Source: an uncultured delta proteobacterium
GTDB lineage: Bacteria > Desulfobacterota > Desulfobacteria > Desulfobacterales > UBA2156
Length of the DNA: 64,000 bases
Reading direction: 5' to 3'
Assembly (NCBI GenBank): GCA_963736855.1
Contig: CAVTQK010000021.1
Coordinates: 352,001 to 416,000, forward strand
The notes under the pieces were generated by a model. That model made no database searches. It saw only the letters and a program-made list of their open reading frames with translations, and was not told the origin of the DNA. A program made the position numbers and the translations under genes. Shown one piece after another: positions 40,692 through 49,756 of the stretch (position 1 is the first letter of the stretch; each line of letters starts with the position of its first letter).

Positions 40692-41876
40692 ATGGACAAA
40701 ACCATCGATCTATTGGTTAAAAAAGGGATTCGTTTCACGCACCCTGAGAGCGTGGAGATCGGTTCCGAAGTGAATATCGAACGCATTTCAGGACAAGGGA
40801 TCGTCATTTACGGGGGATGCCGAATATATGGTAAAGATACGTGTATTTCGGAGAAAGCTGTTATAGGAGAAGAGGCCCCTGTGACCGTTGTCGATTGCCA
40901 GGTGGGGCCCCACGTGAAGCTGAAAGGCGGCTTTTTCAAGGAAGCCGTATTTCTCAAGGGATCCTCAATGGGCTCCGGTGCCCATGCCCGGGAAGGCACC
41001 ATACTGGAAGAAGAGGCCGGCGGCGCCCACACTGTCGGCTTAAAGCAGACGATTCTCTTTCCATTTGTAACTCTTGGAAGTCTGATCAATTTTTGTGACT
41101 GTTTCATGGCGGGTGGGACCAGTCGGAAAGACCATAGTGAAGTGGGAAGCAGTTATATTCACTTCAATTATACCCCCTATCAGGACAAAGCCACGCCTTC
41201 CCTGATCGGAGATGTGCCCAGAGGCGTGATGCTTCGCGAAAACCCGATTTTTCTGGGAGGGCAGGGGGGCATGGTAGGCCCCTGTCGTTTGGCCTTCGGC
41301 ACAGTGATCGCCGCCGGATCCATCTGCCGGAAAGACGAGTTGCGGACGAATCGGCTGATTCTTCACGCATCCCCTAAAACCCTCAACACCGAATTCAAAC
41401 GGGATCATAACCTCAACCCCGGTCGGATCATTACCAACAATACCATCTATATCGCCAACCTCATGGCCCTGCGGAGATGGTACCGGGATGTCCGAAGGCT
41501 ATTCATAACCGATACTTTTTCGGAAGCGCTCCATGCAGGGCTGATGGAAAAAGCGGAGATGGCGTTAAAGGAAAGGATCCGACGCCTGAAGGAGTATGTC
41601 TTAAAAATATCTGTTCCGGGTGCCGAAGGCCGGTGGAACGGCTTCGAGGATACGGTACAAGAAATGCATGGCTTCCAGGGGAAAAACAAATTCCGGGATA
41701 CTTTCCTGAAAGCCCTCCAGGATTCAATGGCCGTAAATTCAAAAGAATACCTGCCATCCATTAAAGGTTTAAGTGAAAAAGGAGCGGCCGCAGGAACGAC
41801 GTGGCTTCAGGAAATCGTCGATGCTGCCGTAATGCGACTGACCGCCGCTGTTTCCTGCAAGCACAAAGGATGCTGA
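40692..41876 (+). CDS. GlmU acetyltransferase-domain-like protein lacking the uridyltransferase domain
   Basis: Begins LLVKKGIRFTHPESVEIG; AHAREGTIL..., VGSSYIHFNY parallel the GlmU beta-helix; directly upstream of glmM. Confidence 0.65.
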   Translation: MDKTIDLLVKKGIRFTHPESVEIGSEVNIERISGQGIVIYGGCRIYGKDTCISEKAVIGEEAPVTVVDCQVGPHVKLKGGFFKEAVFLKGSSMGSGAHAREGTILEEEAGGAHTVGLKQTILFPFVTLGSLINFCDCFMAGGTSRKDHSEVGSSYIHFNYTPYQDKATPSLIGDVPRGVMLRENPIFLGGQGGMVGPCRLAFGTVIAAGSICRKDELRTNRLILHASPKTLNTEFKRDHNLNPGRIITNNTIYIANLMALRRWYRDVRRLFITDTFSEALHAGLMEKAEMALKERIRRLKEYVLKISVPGAEGRWNGFEDTVQEMHGFQGKNKFRDTFLKALQDSMAVNSKEYLPSIKGLSEKGAAAGTTWLQEIVDAAVMRLTAAVSCKHKGC

Positions 41877-41877
41877 T

Positions 41878-43281
41878 ATGGGCAAGTTTTTTGGGACCGA
41901 CGGAATCCGGGGGGTGGCAAACAAACATCCCATGACTCCTGAACTGGCTCTCGCACTGGGGAAAACGGTTTCGCGACTTTGGACCAGCGGTAAAGAGAAC
42001 TCTATCGTCATCGGAAAAGACACCCGGCTTTCCGGAGACATGCTCGAACACGCCCTGGTCTCGGGAATCCTTTCTCAAGGGGTCAATGTTTGGCTTTCCG
42101 GCATCATCCCGACGCCTGCGGTGGCCTTCCTGACGGCATCCCTGAAAGCCCATTGCGGTATCATGGTCTCCGCGTCCCACAACCCTTTTTATGACAACGG
42201 AATCAAGATCTTCCGACATGACGGTTTTAAGCTATCGGATGCCGAGGAAACCGAAATCGAAGCCATTCTGATGGGAAAACCATCCGAGATCGGTGAGGTA
42301 TCCCGCAATAGTATTGGAAGAGCCTTTCCAATGAACGAGGCTGTGGATCGATACGCAGACTTTTTGATCAACATCTTTCCTAAAAGACTTCGCCTTGAAG
42401 GGTTGAACGTGGTCATGGACTGTTCCCATGGGGCCACTTTCGAGGTGGCTCCTCGAGTCTTTAACTCCATCGGAGCCAGAGTCGTCCTGATGGCCGCCCA
42501 ACCCAACGGAAAGAATATCAATGATCATTGCGGATCCCAGCATCCGGAAGAAGTATCCCGTCAGGTGAGACAAATGGGGGCCGATATCGGTCTGGCCTTT
42601 GACGGTGACGGTGATCGGCTTATCGCCGTGGATGAGAAGGGGAGGGTGATTACCGGCGATCAGATCATCACGGTCTGCTCGGGAGTCATGAAGAAGCACG
42701 GCGAATTGAAAAATAACACGGTGGTGACTACGGTGATGAGTAACATCGGGTTGAGCATCGCTCTAAAAAAGATGGGGGTCCGGCACATCATGGCAAACGT
42801 TGGAGACCGGTACGTCCTGGAACAGATGCTGGCAAACGGATCGGTTCTGGGCGGGGAGGACTCCGGCCACATGATTTTTCTGGCCCATCACACGACCGGG
42901 GACGGCATTCTGACGGCCCTCAAGCTCATCGAAGCGATGCTCATTGAATCCAAATCCCTGTCCTTCCTAGCCGATAGGATGAGGGTCTTTCCTCAAACTC
43001 TTGTTAATGTTTCGGTTAAGGAAAAGAAGGATATCTTATTGATTCCTGAGATTTATAACGCAATTAAATCGGCAGAATCGGACCTCGGGGAAAGGGGAAG
43101 GGTCCTGGTGCGTTATTCAGGAACCCAGCCCCTTTGCCGTATCATGGTGGAAGGACCGACGGATCAGGAGACCCGGGTGTATTGTGAACGGATCGCTTCA
43201 GCGGTTAAAAAAACAATTGGCGTAGCGGAGCCTATTCGTTCCGATTCCCTAAAATCCTCAAAAGCATCAGGAAAAGATTGA
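41878..43281 (+). CDS. glmM: Phosphoglucosamine mutase
   Basis: FGTDGIRG, SASHNP, DGDGDR, GGEDSGH, RYSGTQP. Confidence 0.95.
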   Translation: MGKFFGTDGIRGVANKHPMTPELALALGKTVSRLWTSGKENSIVIGKDTRLSGDMLEHALVSGILSQGVNVWLSGIIPTPAVAFLTASLKAHCGIMVSASHNPFYDNGIKIFRHDGFKLSDAEETEIEAILMGKPSEIGEVSRNSIGRAFPMNEAVDRYADFLINIFPKRLRLEGLNVVMDCSHGATFEVAPRVFNSIGARVVLMAAQPNGKNINDHCGSQHPEEVSRQVRQMGADIGLAFDGDGDRLIAVDEKGRVITGDQIITVCSGVMKKHGELKNNTVVTTVMSNIGLSIALKKMGVRHIMANVGDRYVLEQMLANGSVLGGEDSGHMIFLAHHTTGDGILTALKLIEAMLIESKSLSFLADRMRVFPQTLVNVSVKEKKDILLIPEIYNAIKSAESDLGERGRVLVRYSGTQPLCRIMVEGPTDQETRVYCERIASAVKKTIGVAEPIRSDSLKSSKASGKD

Positions 43282-43936
43282 TGAAATCCAGATATAGGGA
43301 GAGGGCGCCGAGGATCGCCCCTTTTCGTATAACCCCGGTATCGAGTCCGGCTGGCTGGGAGAGGGCCATTGATTTAAGCTTCTGCGTGTCAAATGCAGTC
43401 AGCCCGACGAAAATAATCACGCCGAGATAACTGATGATCAGTTCCATGCCGGTGCTTTTAAGAAATAGGTTCACGACCGAGGCGATAATGATCCCGATGA
43501 GTCCCATGGCCATGAAGTTGCCTATGGAGGTCAGGTCGCGTTTGGTGCTCATCCCATAGATGCTGGCCGCGATAAAGGTCCCCGCGCAGATGAAAAAGGT
43601 TGATGCAATAGAAGTTCTTGTAAAGACAAGAAAAATTGATGAAAGGGTCACACCGTTGAGTCCGGCGTAAAGCACAAACAGGGCCGTTGCCGTGCCGGCT
43701 TGAATCCGTTGAATCCGTGCGCTGATGACAAATACAAGGGCCAGCTCTGCGATGATGAGTCCGAAAAAGAGCATCTGATTCCCAAAAATCAACCGGATGA
43801 GGGAAGGGCTGCCGGCAACTCCATAGGCAATGGCCCCGGTCAAGGCAAGCCCGATCGCCATCCAGTTATATACGCTGCGTACAAACTCATTGACCCAAAC
43901 CTGGGTTTGTGTTTTTCTTAAAGTGATGGAATCCAT
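43232..43936 (-). CDS. Bax inhibitor-1/YccA family membrane protein
   Basis: VYNWMAIGL, TKRDL, FDTQKLK, ALSLYLDFINLF. Confidence 0.95.
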   Translation of the reverse strand: MDSITLRKTQTQVWVNEFVRSVYNWMAIGLALTGAIAYGVAGSPSLIRLIFGNQMLFFGLIIAELALVFVISARIQRIQAGTATALFVLYAGLNGVTLSSIFLVFTRTSIASTFFICAGTFIAASIYGMSTKRDLTSIGNFMAMGLIGIIIASVVNLFLKSTGMELIISYLGVIIFVGLTAFDTQKLKSMALSQPAGLDTGVIRKGAILGALSLYLDFINLFLMLLRILGNRNE

Positions 43937-44010
43937 TTATCCCTCCTGCTTTCTTTAATTGATTTATTTCCTATAATAATGAATTTTACAGATTGTTCAA
44001 GTCAAATTCC

Positions 44011-44322
44011 ATGAAGTCTGAAACAATATTTGAAGGGCTCAAAGACCTGGCACAGAAGATGGGCATCACGGTTTCGGAGCAAAACTTTCGGCGATTGGGT
44101 GTTCGAGCCAAAAGCGGGTTTTGCATCGTTAAAGGGAAATCGATGTTTTTTGTCGACAAGAAAAGTGCGATATCCGAAAAGATCGAGGCGCTATCTTCTT
44201 ATCTGGCCACGTTGCCCACGGATCATATCTATATCGTTCCAGCGATCCGCCAGCGACTCCAATCGGTCCAGAAGGGCGTTCAAGGTGACGAATTGATCCT
44301 TCAACCCGAAGATTCAAAATAG
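44011..44322 (+). CDS. Hypothetical protein
   Basis: Fills the gap between the YccA-family gene and xseA; protein-like composition; function not recognised. Confidence 0.6.
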   Translation: MKSETIFEGLKDLAQKMGITVSEQNFRRLGVRAKSGFCIVKGKSMFFVDKKSAISEKIEALSSYLATLPTDHIYIVPAIRQRLQSVQKGVQGDELILQPEDSK

Positions 44323-44348
44323 TTTACATAATATATCTTATCAGACGT
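44321..44348 (-). other. dif: dif-like XerCD chromosome dimer resolution site
   Basis: Minus strand ACGTCTGATAA-GATATA-TTATGTAAACT, 11-6-11 layout; 23/28 identical to B. subtilis dif as recalled. Confidence 0.85.
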
Positions 44349-44369
44349 TAGTTTAAAGGATAAATTCCT

Positions 44370-45758
44370 GTGGACCCCCTGTCGGACCAGATACGCTTCA
44401 ACCCCCCCGCAAACTCCGAGCATCACATTCTGACCGTATCGGAGCTCACTTCTCAAATTAAAGCTTTACTTGAAGATGAATTCAATTTCATATGGATATC
44501 AGGAGAAATATCTGATTTTAGAATTCCGACATCAGGACACTTTTACTTTACATTAAAAGACGAAAAAGCCCGTATCCAAGCCGTCATGTTCAAGGGTCAG
44601 AACCGCCATCTGCCCTTTCAACCTGAAGACGGAATGAACGTGGTGGGTCTCGGCAGGGTTTCCGTCTACGAACCACGTGGAAGCTATCAAATCATCTTCG
44701 AGATTCTTGAGCCCAAAGGTGTGGGAGCCCTGCAGATTGCCTTTGAACAGCTCAAGCGCCGGCTTTCCGATGAAGGGCTCTTTGACGATCGATATAAGAA
44801 GCCGATTCCTTTTTTTCCTGAAAAAATCGCCGTAATTACATCTCCCAGCGGTGCCGCGATTCACGACATCCTCCAGGTTGCCCGGCGCCGATTCGAAAAC
44901 ATCCGGCTTGTTGTCATTCCGACGATGGTCCAGGGAAGCGGCGCAGAGGCCCAGATCGTTTCAGCCATCGAACTTCTGAACACAGGAGGTCCCGAGGGAG
45001 GACCCGTTGCTGACGTGGCTGTATTGGCCAGAGGCGGCGGATCCCTGGAGGACTTGCAGGCCTTCAATTCGGAAGCTGTTGCCCGGGCGATATTTACTTC
45101 CGGGGTTCCCATCGTCTCCGGTGTCGGTCATGAAACCGATTTTACCATCGCCGATTTCGTAGCCGATTTCAGGGCGCCCACGCCATCGGCTGCCGCCGAA
45201 ATCGTTGTTCCGAAAAAGGTCGATTTGGTTTTAAGAATCCGGGAATATAACCTTGCTTTGGTACGCACGATCCATAAACAAATTAAAGAGTATCGGAAGC
45301 GACTGATGGAAACCATCCATCATCTGAAAGACCCAAGGAAAAAGATGGGTGATCAGCGCCTTCAACTCGACGATTTCACCCAGAGACTGATTCAGATCAC
45401 ACAAAAAAGGATCCGAAACGTACGGGAAAAGCTGGCGTGGAGAACCGAAAACCTGTGTGCCAAGAGCCCGATGCAGCTTTTGCTAAAATATAAAGAAAAG
45501 ATTGATAAATTATATATTAATATTTTGAAATTATTAGAATTATATTTATCAATTAGGAAAGGGTTGTCTCAGGAGCTTTTTGCAAGGTTGAGGTCTCTTG
45601 GCCCCATGGATGTCCTCAGCCGGGGATACAGCATCGCCCGAACGATTCCGAAGGGTACCGTTATCCAGGATCCGGATCAGGTCGGTATCGGTGACGGGAT
45701 CGACCTTTTGGTGGCCAAAGGAAACATCCTGTGCCGCGTGGAAAGGAAAAGGAAATAA
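44370..45758 (+). CDS. xseA: Exodeoxyribonuclease VII large subunit
   Basis: TVSELT, SGHFYFTLKD, RGGGSLEDL, GVGHETDFTIAD, LSRGYSI. Confidence 0.97.
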   Translation: MDPLSDQIRFNPPANSEHHILTVSELTSQIKALLEDEFNFIWISGEISDFRIPTSGHFYFTLKDEKARIQAVMFKGQNRHLPFQPEDGMNVVGLGRVSVYEPRGSYQIIFEILEPKGVGALQIAFEQLKRRLSDEGLFDDRYKKPIPFFPEKIAVITSPSGAAIHDILQVARRRFENIRLVVIPTMVQGSGAEAQIVSAIELLNTGGPEGGPVADVAVLARGGGSLEDLQAFNSEAVARAIFTSGVPIVSGVGHETDFTIADFVADFRAPTPSAAAEIVVPKKVDLVLRIREYNLALVRTIHKQIKEYRKRLMETIHHLKDPRKKMGDQRLQLDDFTQRLIQITQKRIRNVREKLAWRTENLCAKSPMQLLLKYKEKIDKLYINILKLLELYLSIRKGLSQELFARLRSLGPMDVLSRGYSIARTIPKGTVIQDPDQVGIGDGIDLLVAKGNILCRVERKRK

Positions 45759-45762
45759 ACCC

Positions 45763-46014
45763 ATGTCAAAACAGACCTTTGAAGGCGCCATGAAGCAATT
45801 GGAAGAGATCGTGAGGGAGCTCGAAGCAGGGGATCTGCCTCTGGAAAAAGCCCTTCAGCGATTTGAGGAAGGGATGAAGCTCTCCAAATATTGCGCCCAA
45901 AAACTCGACGAGACCGAAAAGAAAGTGACACTCTTGCTCAAAGACCACCAGGGATCTGTTTCGGAAAAACCCTTTTTAGAAGACGAAGTCCCCCCGGACG
46001 ACGGCCATGTTTGA
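45763..46014 (+). CDS. xseB: Exodeoxyribonuclease VII small subunit
   Basis: FEGAMKQLEEIVRELEAGDLPLEKAL..FEEG. Confidence 0.95.
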   Translation: MSKQTFEGAMKQLEEIVRELEAGDLPLEKALQRFEEGMKLSKYCAQKLDETEKKVTLLLKDHQGSVSEKPFLEDEVPPDDGHV

Positions 46015-46900
46015 CCTTTCCGGCTATTTGATTCAGAAAAGGAAGTCTATTGATGCCTCCTTGAAGGGGCGCCTCCGCTCGGCACTGCCGGAAAATAGCC
46101 GCCTCAAAAAAGCGATGGCATACTCCCTGATCGCCGGAGGGAAACGGTTGAGGCCGATTCTTTGCATTGCAGCCGCGGAATCGGTGGGAGGCAGACCAGA
46201 CGAGGTCATGGCCGGAGCATGCGCCATCGAGATGATCCACACCTATTCCTTAATTCACGATGATCTTCCGGCCATGGATGACGACGCCCTGCGCCGGGGA
46301 AAGCCTTCCTGTCATATAGCCTTTGATGAAGCCACGGCCATCCTCGCTGGGGATGCCCTCCTCACCCTGGCTTTCGAGGTCCTTGTAATGGATCGATTTC
46401 TGCCGCCTCATAACCTGGAAAGAGCGCTGGAAGTCGTCGGAATCCTTTCACGCGCCGCCGGTCCTGCCGGAATGATCCAGGGGCAGATGGAGGATATCGC
46501 AGCCGAAGGGTCTGCCTTGACTCTTATACAGCTCCGTCGACTGCACAGCCTCAAGACCGGTGCCCTCATTCAAGCGTCTGTGGAGATTGGAGCAACGCTT
46601 TGCGGCGGTTCATCCCGGCAGCTTGAAGGATTGAAAAGCTACGCCAGAAAACTCGGGTTAGCCTTCCAGGTCATCGACGATGTCCTGAATGTGGAAGGGG
46701 ATCCCTCCGTGACGGGAAAAGCTTCGGGAACAGACCAGCTCAGGAAAAAAAGCACCTACCCTGCCCTCATGGGCCTGGAAGAATCCAAAATATTTGCCAA
46801 AAAATGCATCGAATCGGCCTTGCAGAGTCTCTCCGATTTTGATAACAAGGCGGATCCTCTTCGGGCCATCGCATCGTATGTCATCGAAAGAAAACGCTGA
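46007..46900 (+). CDS. ispA: Farnesyl diphosphate synthase
   Basis: GGKRLRP, SLIHDDLPAMDDD, FQVIDD, KSTYP. Confidence 0.95.
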   Translation: MFDLSGYLIQKRKSIDASLKGRLRSALPENSRLKKAMAYSLIAGGKRLRPILCIAAAESVGGRPDEVMAGACAIEMIHTYSLIHDDLPAMDDDALRRGKPSCHIAFDEATAILAGDALLTLAFEVLVMDRFLPPHNLERALEVVGILSRAAGPAGMIQGQMEDIAAEGSALTLIQLRRLHSLKTGALIQASVEIGATLCGGSSRQLEGLKSYARKLGLAFQVIDDVLNVEGDPSVTGKASGTDQLRKKSTYPALMGLEESKIFAKKCIESALQSLSDFDNKADPLRAIASYVIERKR

Positions 46901-46912
46901 AAACGGCGAGAG

Positions 46913-48811
46913 ATGAAATCTAATCTTACCACAAACCTCCTGGATCGTATCGATTCCCCCGTTGATCTGAAAAAGCTTTCACGGAAAGAACTGCCGTTAT
47001 TGGCCCAGGAGATCCGGAAACGGATTGTGGATGTGGTCTCCAAAAACGGCGGCCATCTGGCCTCGAGCCTGGGAGCCGTGGAGCTGGCCATCGCCGTTCA
47101 TTATGTTTTCGACAGCCCGAAGGACAGGATTCTATGGGATGTCGGACATCAGGCTTATGCCCACAAGCTCATCACCGGAAGACGGGACCGGTTCGCAACC
47201 CTGCGGCAGCACGGAGGACTGTCAGGATTCACCAAAATGAGCGAAAGTCCCCATGATGCTTTTTCCACCGGACACAGCAGTACGTCTATTTCAGCCGGGC
47301 TGGGAATCGCCTGTGCGAAAGGGCTCAAAGGAGAAGATTCCAGGGTGGTAACCATCATCGGTGACGGATCCATGACCGCGGGGCTGGCCTACGAGGGTCT
47401 GAACCAGGCCGGTGATCTCCAGAAGGATATTGTCGTCATTTTGAACGACAATGAAATGTCCATTTCTAAGAACGTGGGAGCGCTCTCTTCTTTTTTGAGT
47501 CGTACCTTTTCAAGAAAACGACTCCTGGAGCTGCGCAAGGATCTGGGCGATTTTCTGAAATCGTTGCCCAAATTTGGGGAAGATATCTACCAGTTCGCCA
47601 AGCGCTGGGAGGATTCCCTGAAGTCCTTTATCACCCCAGGCATGCTTTTCGAAGCATTTAATTTTAATTATTTCGGACCAATCGACGGGCACAACCTAAA
47701 CCATCTCATCGATATCCTCCGTAACATCCAGTACCTGAAAGAGCCGATCCTCCTTCATGTTTCCACCAAGAAGGGGATGGGGTATCCCCCTGCAGAATCG
47801 AACCCGGTCTATTTTCATGGAGTGGGGTGTTTCGAAGTTGAAACCGGCAACTGCATCGACTCTCCAAGTCCTATTCCTACTTATACTCAGGTTTTTGGGA
47901 AAGCGCTGACGGCACTGGCCGAAAAAGACGAGAGGATCGTTGCGGTGACCGCCGCCATGCCGGAGGGAACCGGTCTGGTGGATTTTTTCGGAAAATTTCC
48001 GGAGCGTTTTTTCGATGTAGGAATCGCTGAGCAACACGGTGTGACCTTCGCCGCTGGAATGGCAACGGAAGGGTTACGTCCGGTAGTGGCGATTTATTCA
48101 ACCTTCCTGCAGCGCGCCTTTGACCAGATCCTGCATGATGTCTGTATTGAATCCCTCCCGGTTGTTTTTGCCGTCGACCGGGGAGGAATCGTGGGGGAAG
48201 ATGGAATGACCCATCATGGGCTCTTTGATCTTACCTATCTTCGAAGCCTTCCCAATATGACGGTCATGGCCCCAAAAGACGAAAATGAACTCTGCCGAAT
48301 GCTCGCCACCGCCATTGTCCATGATGGCCCCATCGCCCTCCGCTATCCTCGGGGAATCGGTGTCGGCGTTTCCATCGACGAGGTGTATCCGGTTCTGCCC
48401 ATAGGGAAAGCAGAAATCCTGGAAGAAGGAAACGATGCCCTCGTCCTTGCCATAGGCCGTCCTGTTCAGGATGCGGTGAAGGCATGTGACGCCCTGAAGA
48501 AGGAAGGTTTCACAACTACCCTAGTTAACTGCCGGTTCGTCAAACCCCTGGACGCGAACCTCATTTGTTCCCTGGCCGAAAGGATTCAGGCTGTCGTCAC
48601 GGTGGAAGAAAACGTGCTTCAGGGCGGATTCGGAAGCGCAGTCTTGGAATGCCTGTGCAATCATGGCATGTTGCATCGGTGTCGCATCACCCGGCTCGGC
48701 ATCCCGGACGTGTTCGTGGAACATGGTCCTCAGCAGGTATTGCGGGCCGAGTACCGTATTGATGCCCCGGCCATCGTCGATGCCGTCAAGCGTCTCTTGC
48801 AGGGGCATTAA
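46913..48811 (+). CDS. dxs: 1-deoxy-D-xylulose-5-phosphate synthase
   Basis: GGHLASSLG, DVGHQAY, GDGSMTAG...NDN, DVGIAEQH. Confidence 0.97.
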   Translation: MKSNLTTNLLDRIDSPVDLKKLSRKELPLLAQEIRKRIVDVVSKNGGHLASSLGAVELAIAVHYVFDSPKDRILWDVGHQAYAHKLITGRRDRFATLRQHGGLSGFTKMSESPHDAFSTGHSSTSISAGLGIACAKGLKGEDSRVVTIIGDGSMTAGLAYEGLNQAGDLQKDIVVILNDNEMSISKNVGALSSFLSRTFSRKRLLELRKDLGDFLKSLPKFGEDIYQFAKRWEDSLKSFITPGMLFEAFNFNYFGPIDGHNLNHLIDILRNIQYLKEPILLHVSTKKGMGYPPAESNPVYFHGVGCFEVETGNCIDSPSPIPTYTQVFGKALTALAEKDERIVAVTAAMPEGTGLVDFFGKFPERFFDVGIAEQHGVTFAAGMATEGLRPVVAIYSTFLQRAFDQILHDVCIESLPVVFAVDRGGIVGEDGMTHHGLFDLTYLRSLPNMTVMAPKDENELCRMLATAIVHDGPIALRYPRGIGVGVSIDEVYPVLPIGKAEILEEGNDALVLAIGRPVQDAVKACDALKKEGFTTTLVNCRFVKPLDANLICSLAERIQAVVTVEENVLQGGFGSAVLECLCNHGMLHRCRITRLGIPDVFVEHGPQQVLRAEYRIDAPAIVDAVKRLLQGH

Positions 48812-48890
48812 CCCTTCCCCTACTCTCCCTTCCTGTTTCAACTCAAAGCTTGACAGATCCGGATCCGTTTATGATTTCAATAAGGCAAAA

Positions 48891-49661
48891 ATGACTAAAA
48901 AACGACTGGATAATCTCGTGATGGAACAAGGATTTACCGAAAGCCGGGAAGGTGCCAGGCGGCTGATCTTATCCGGTAATGTTTCCGCGAACAATCATGT
49001 GGCGGACAAACCGGGATCTCTTTTTCCGGAGAATACGCGGATTTCCCTGATCCGTGAGCCTGCCGGATATGTGAGCCGGGGAGGTGACAAGCTGGCCGGC
49101 GCTCTGGAATCCCTCTCCATTAAGGTTTCGGGATGTGTGTGTCTCGATGTGGGAGCTTCCACCGGAGGGTTTACGGATTGCCTGCTCCAGCGGGGAGCCG
49201 CCCGGATCTATGCCGTGGATGTGGGATACGGTCAGCTGGCCTGGAAACTCAGGAACGACCCCAGAGTCATCGCCATCGAGCGGGCCAATATCCGTTATCT
49301 TCCGGAATCGGCAATCCCAGAACCTGTGGACCTGGTCACGATGGATACTTCCTTCATTTCTCTGAAGATCGTGGTCCCCGCGGTCTTCAAGTTCATGAGA
49401 CCCGGGGCGGATATGGTCGTTTTGGTGAAGCCGCAGTTCGAAGTGGGAAAATCGATGGTCGGAAAGGGAGGCGTCGTCCGGGATCCGAGGCTCCACGAGG
49501 CGGTACTAGGCGACTTGACCGCATTTTTTTCCCGGCAAGGACTTACGGTCCGGGCGATGGTTCCTTCTCCCCTCTTGGGACCCAAAGGGAATCGGGAGTT
49601 TTTCATGTGGCTATCCTTGGTTCTCCATCCCTCCCGAAAATTCCCGGAGTATTCGTGCTAA
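48891..49661 (+). CDS. tlyA: TlyA family RNA 2'-O-methyltransferase
   Basis: KKRLD S4 domain, YVSRGGDKL, DVGASTGGFTD, KPQFE, GPKGNREF; ATG at 48891. Confidence 0.93.
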   Translation: MTKKRLDNLVMEQGFTESREGARRLILSGNVSANNHVADKPGSLFPENTRISLIREPAGYVSRGGDKLAGALESLSIKVSGCVCLDVGASTGGFTDCLLQRGAARIYAVDVGYGQLAWKLRNDPRVIAIERANIRYLPESAIPEPVDLVTMDTSFISLKIVVPAVFKFMRPGADMVVLVKPQFEVGKSMVGKGGVVRDPRLHEAVLGDLTAFFSRQGLTVRAMVPSPLLGPKGNREFFMWLSLVLHPSRKFPEYSC

Positions 49662-49756
49662 ATTTTGGTTTTGCAGTTGATTCATGGCTTGATTTTTCAG
49701 ATAGATGCCGATAGAAAAGCCGGTACCCAAATATCAGAGAACAGGAAGGATGGAAT

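Noticed and set aside
48663..48890. N-terminal extension of TlyA (likewise xseB from 45598 and TetR from 54647)
   Set aside because: Recognisable family sequence starts at the downstream ATG; extensions overlap other genes or promoters
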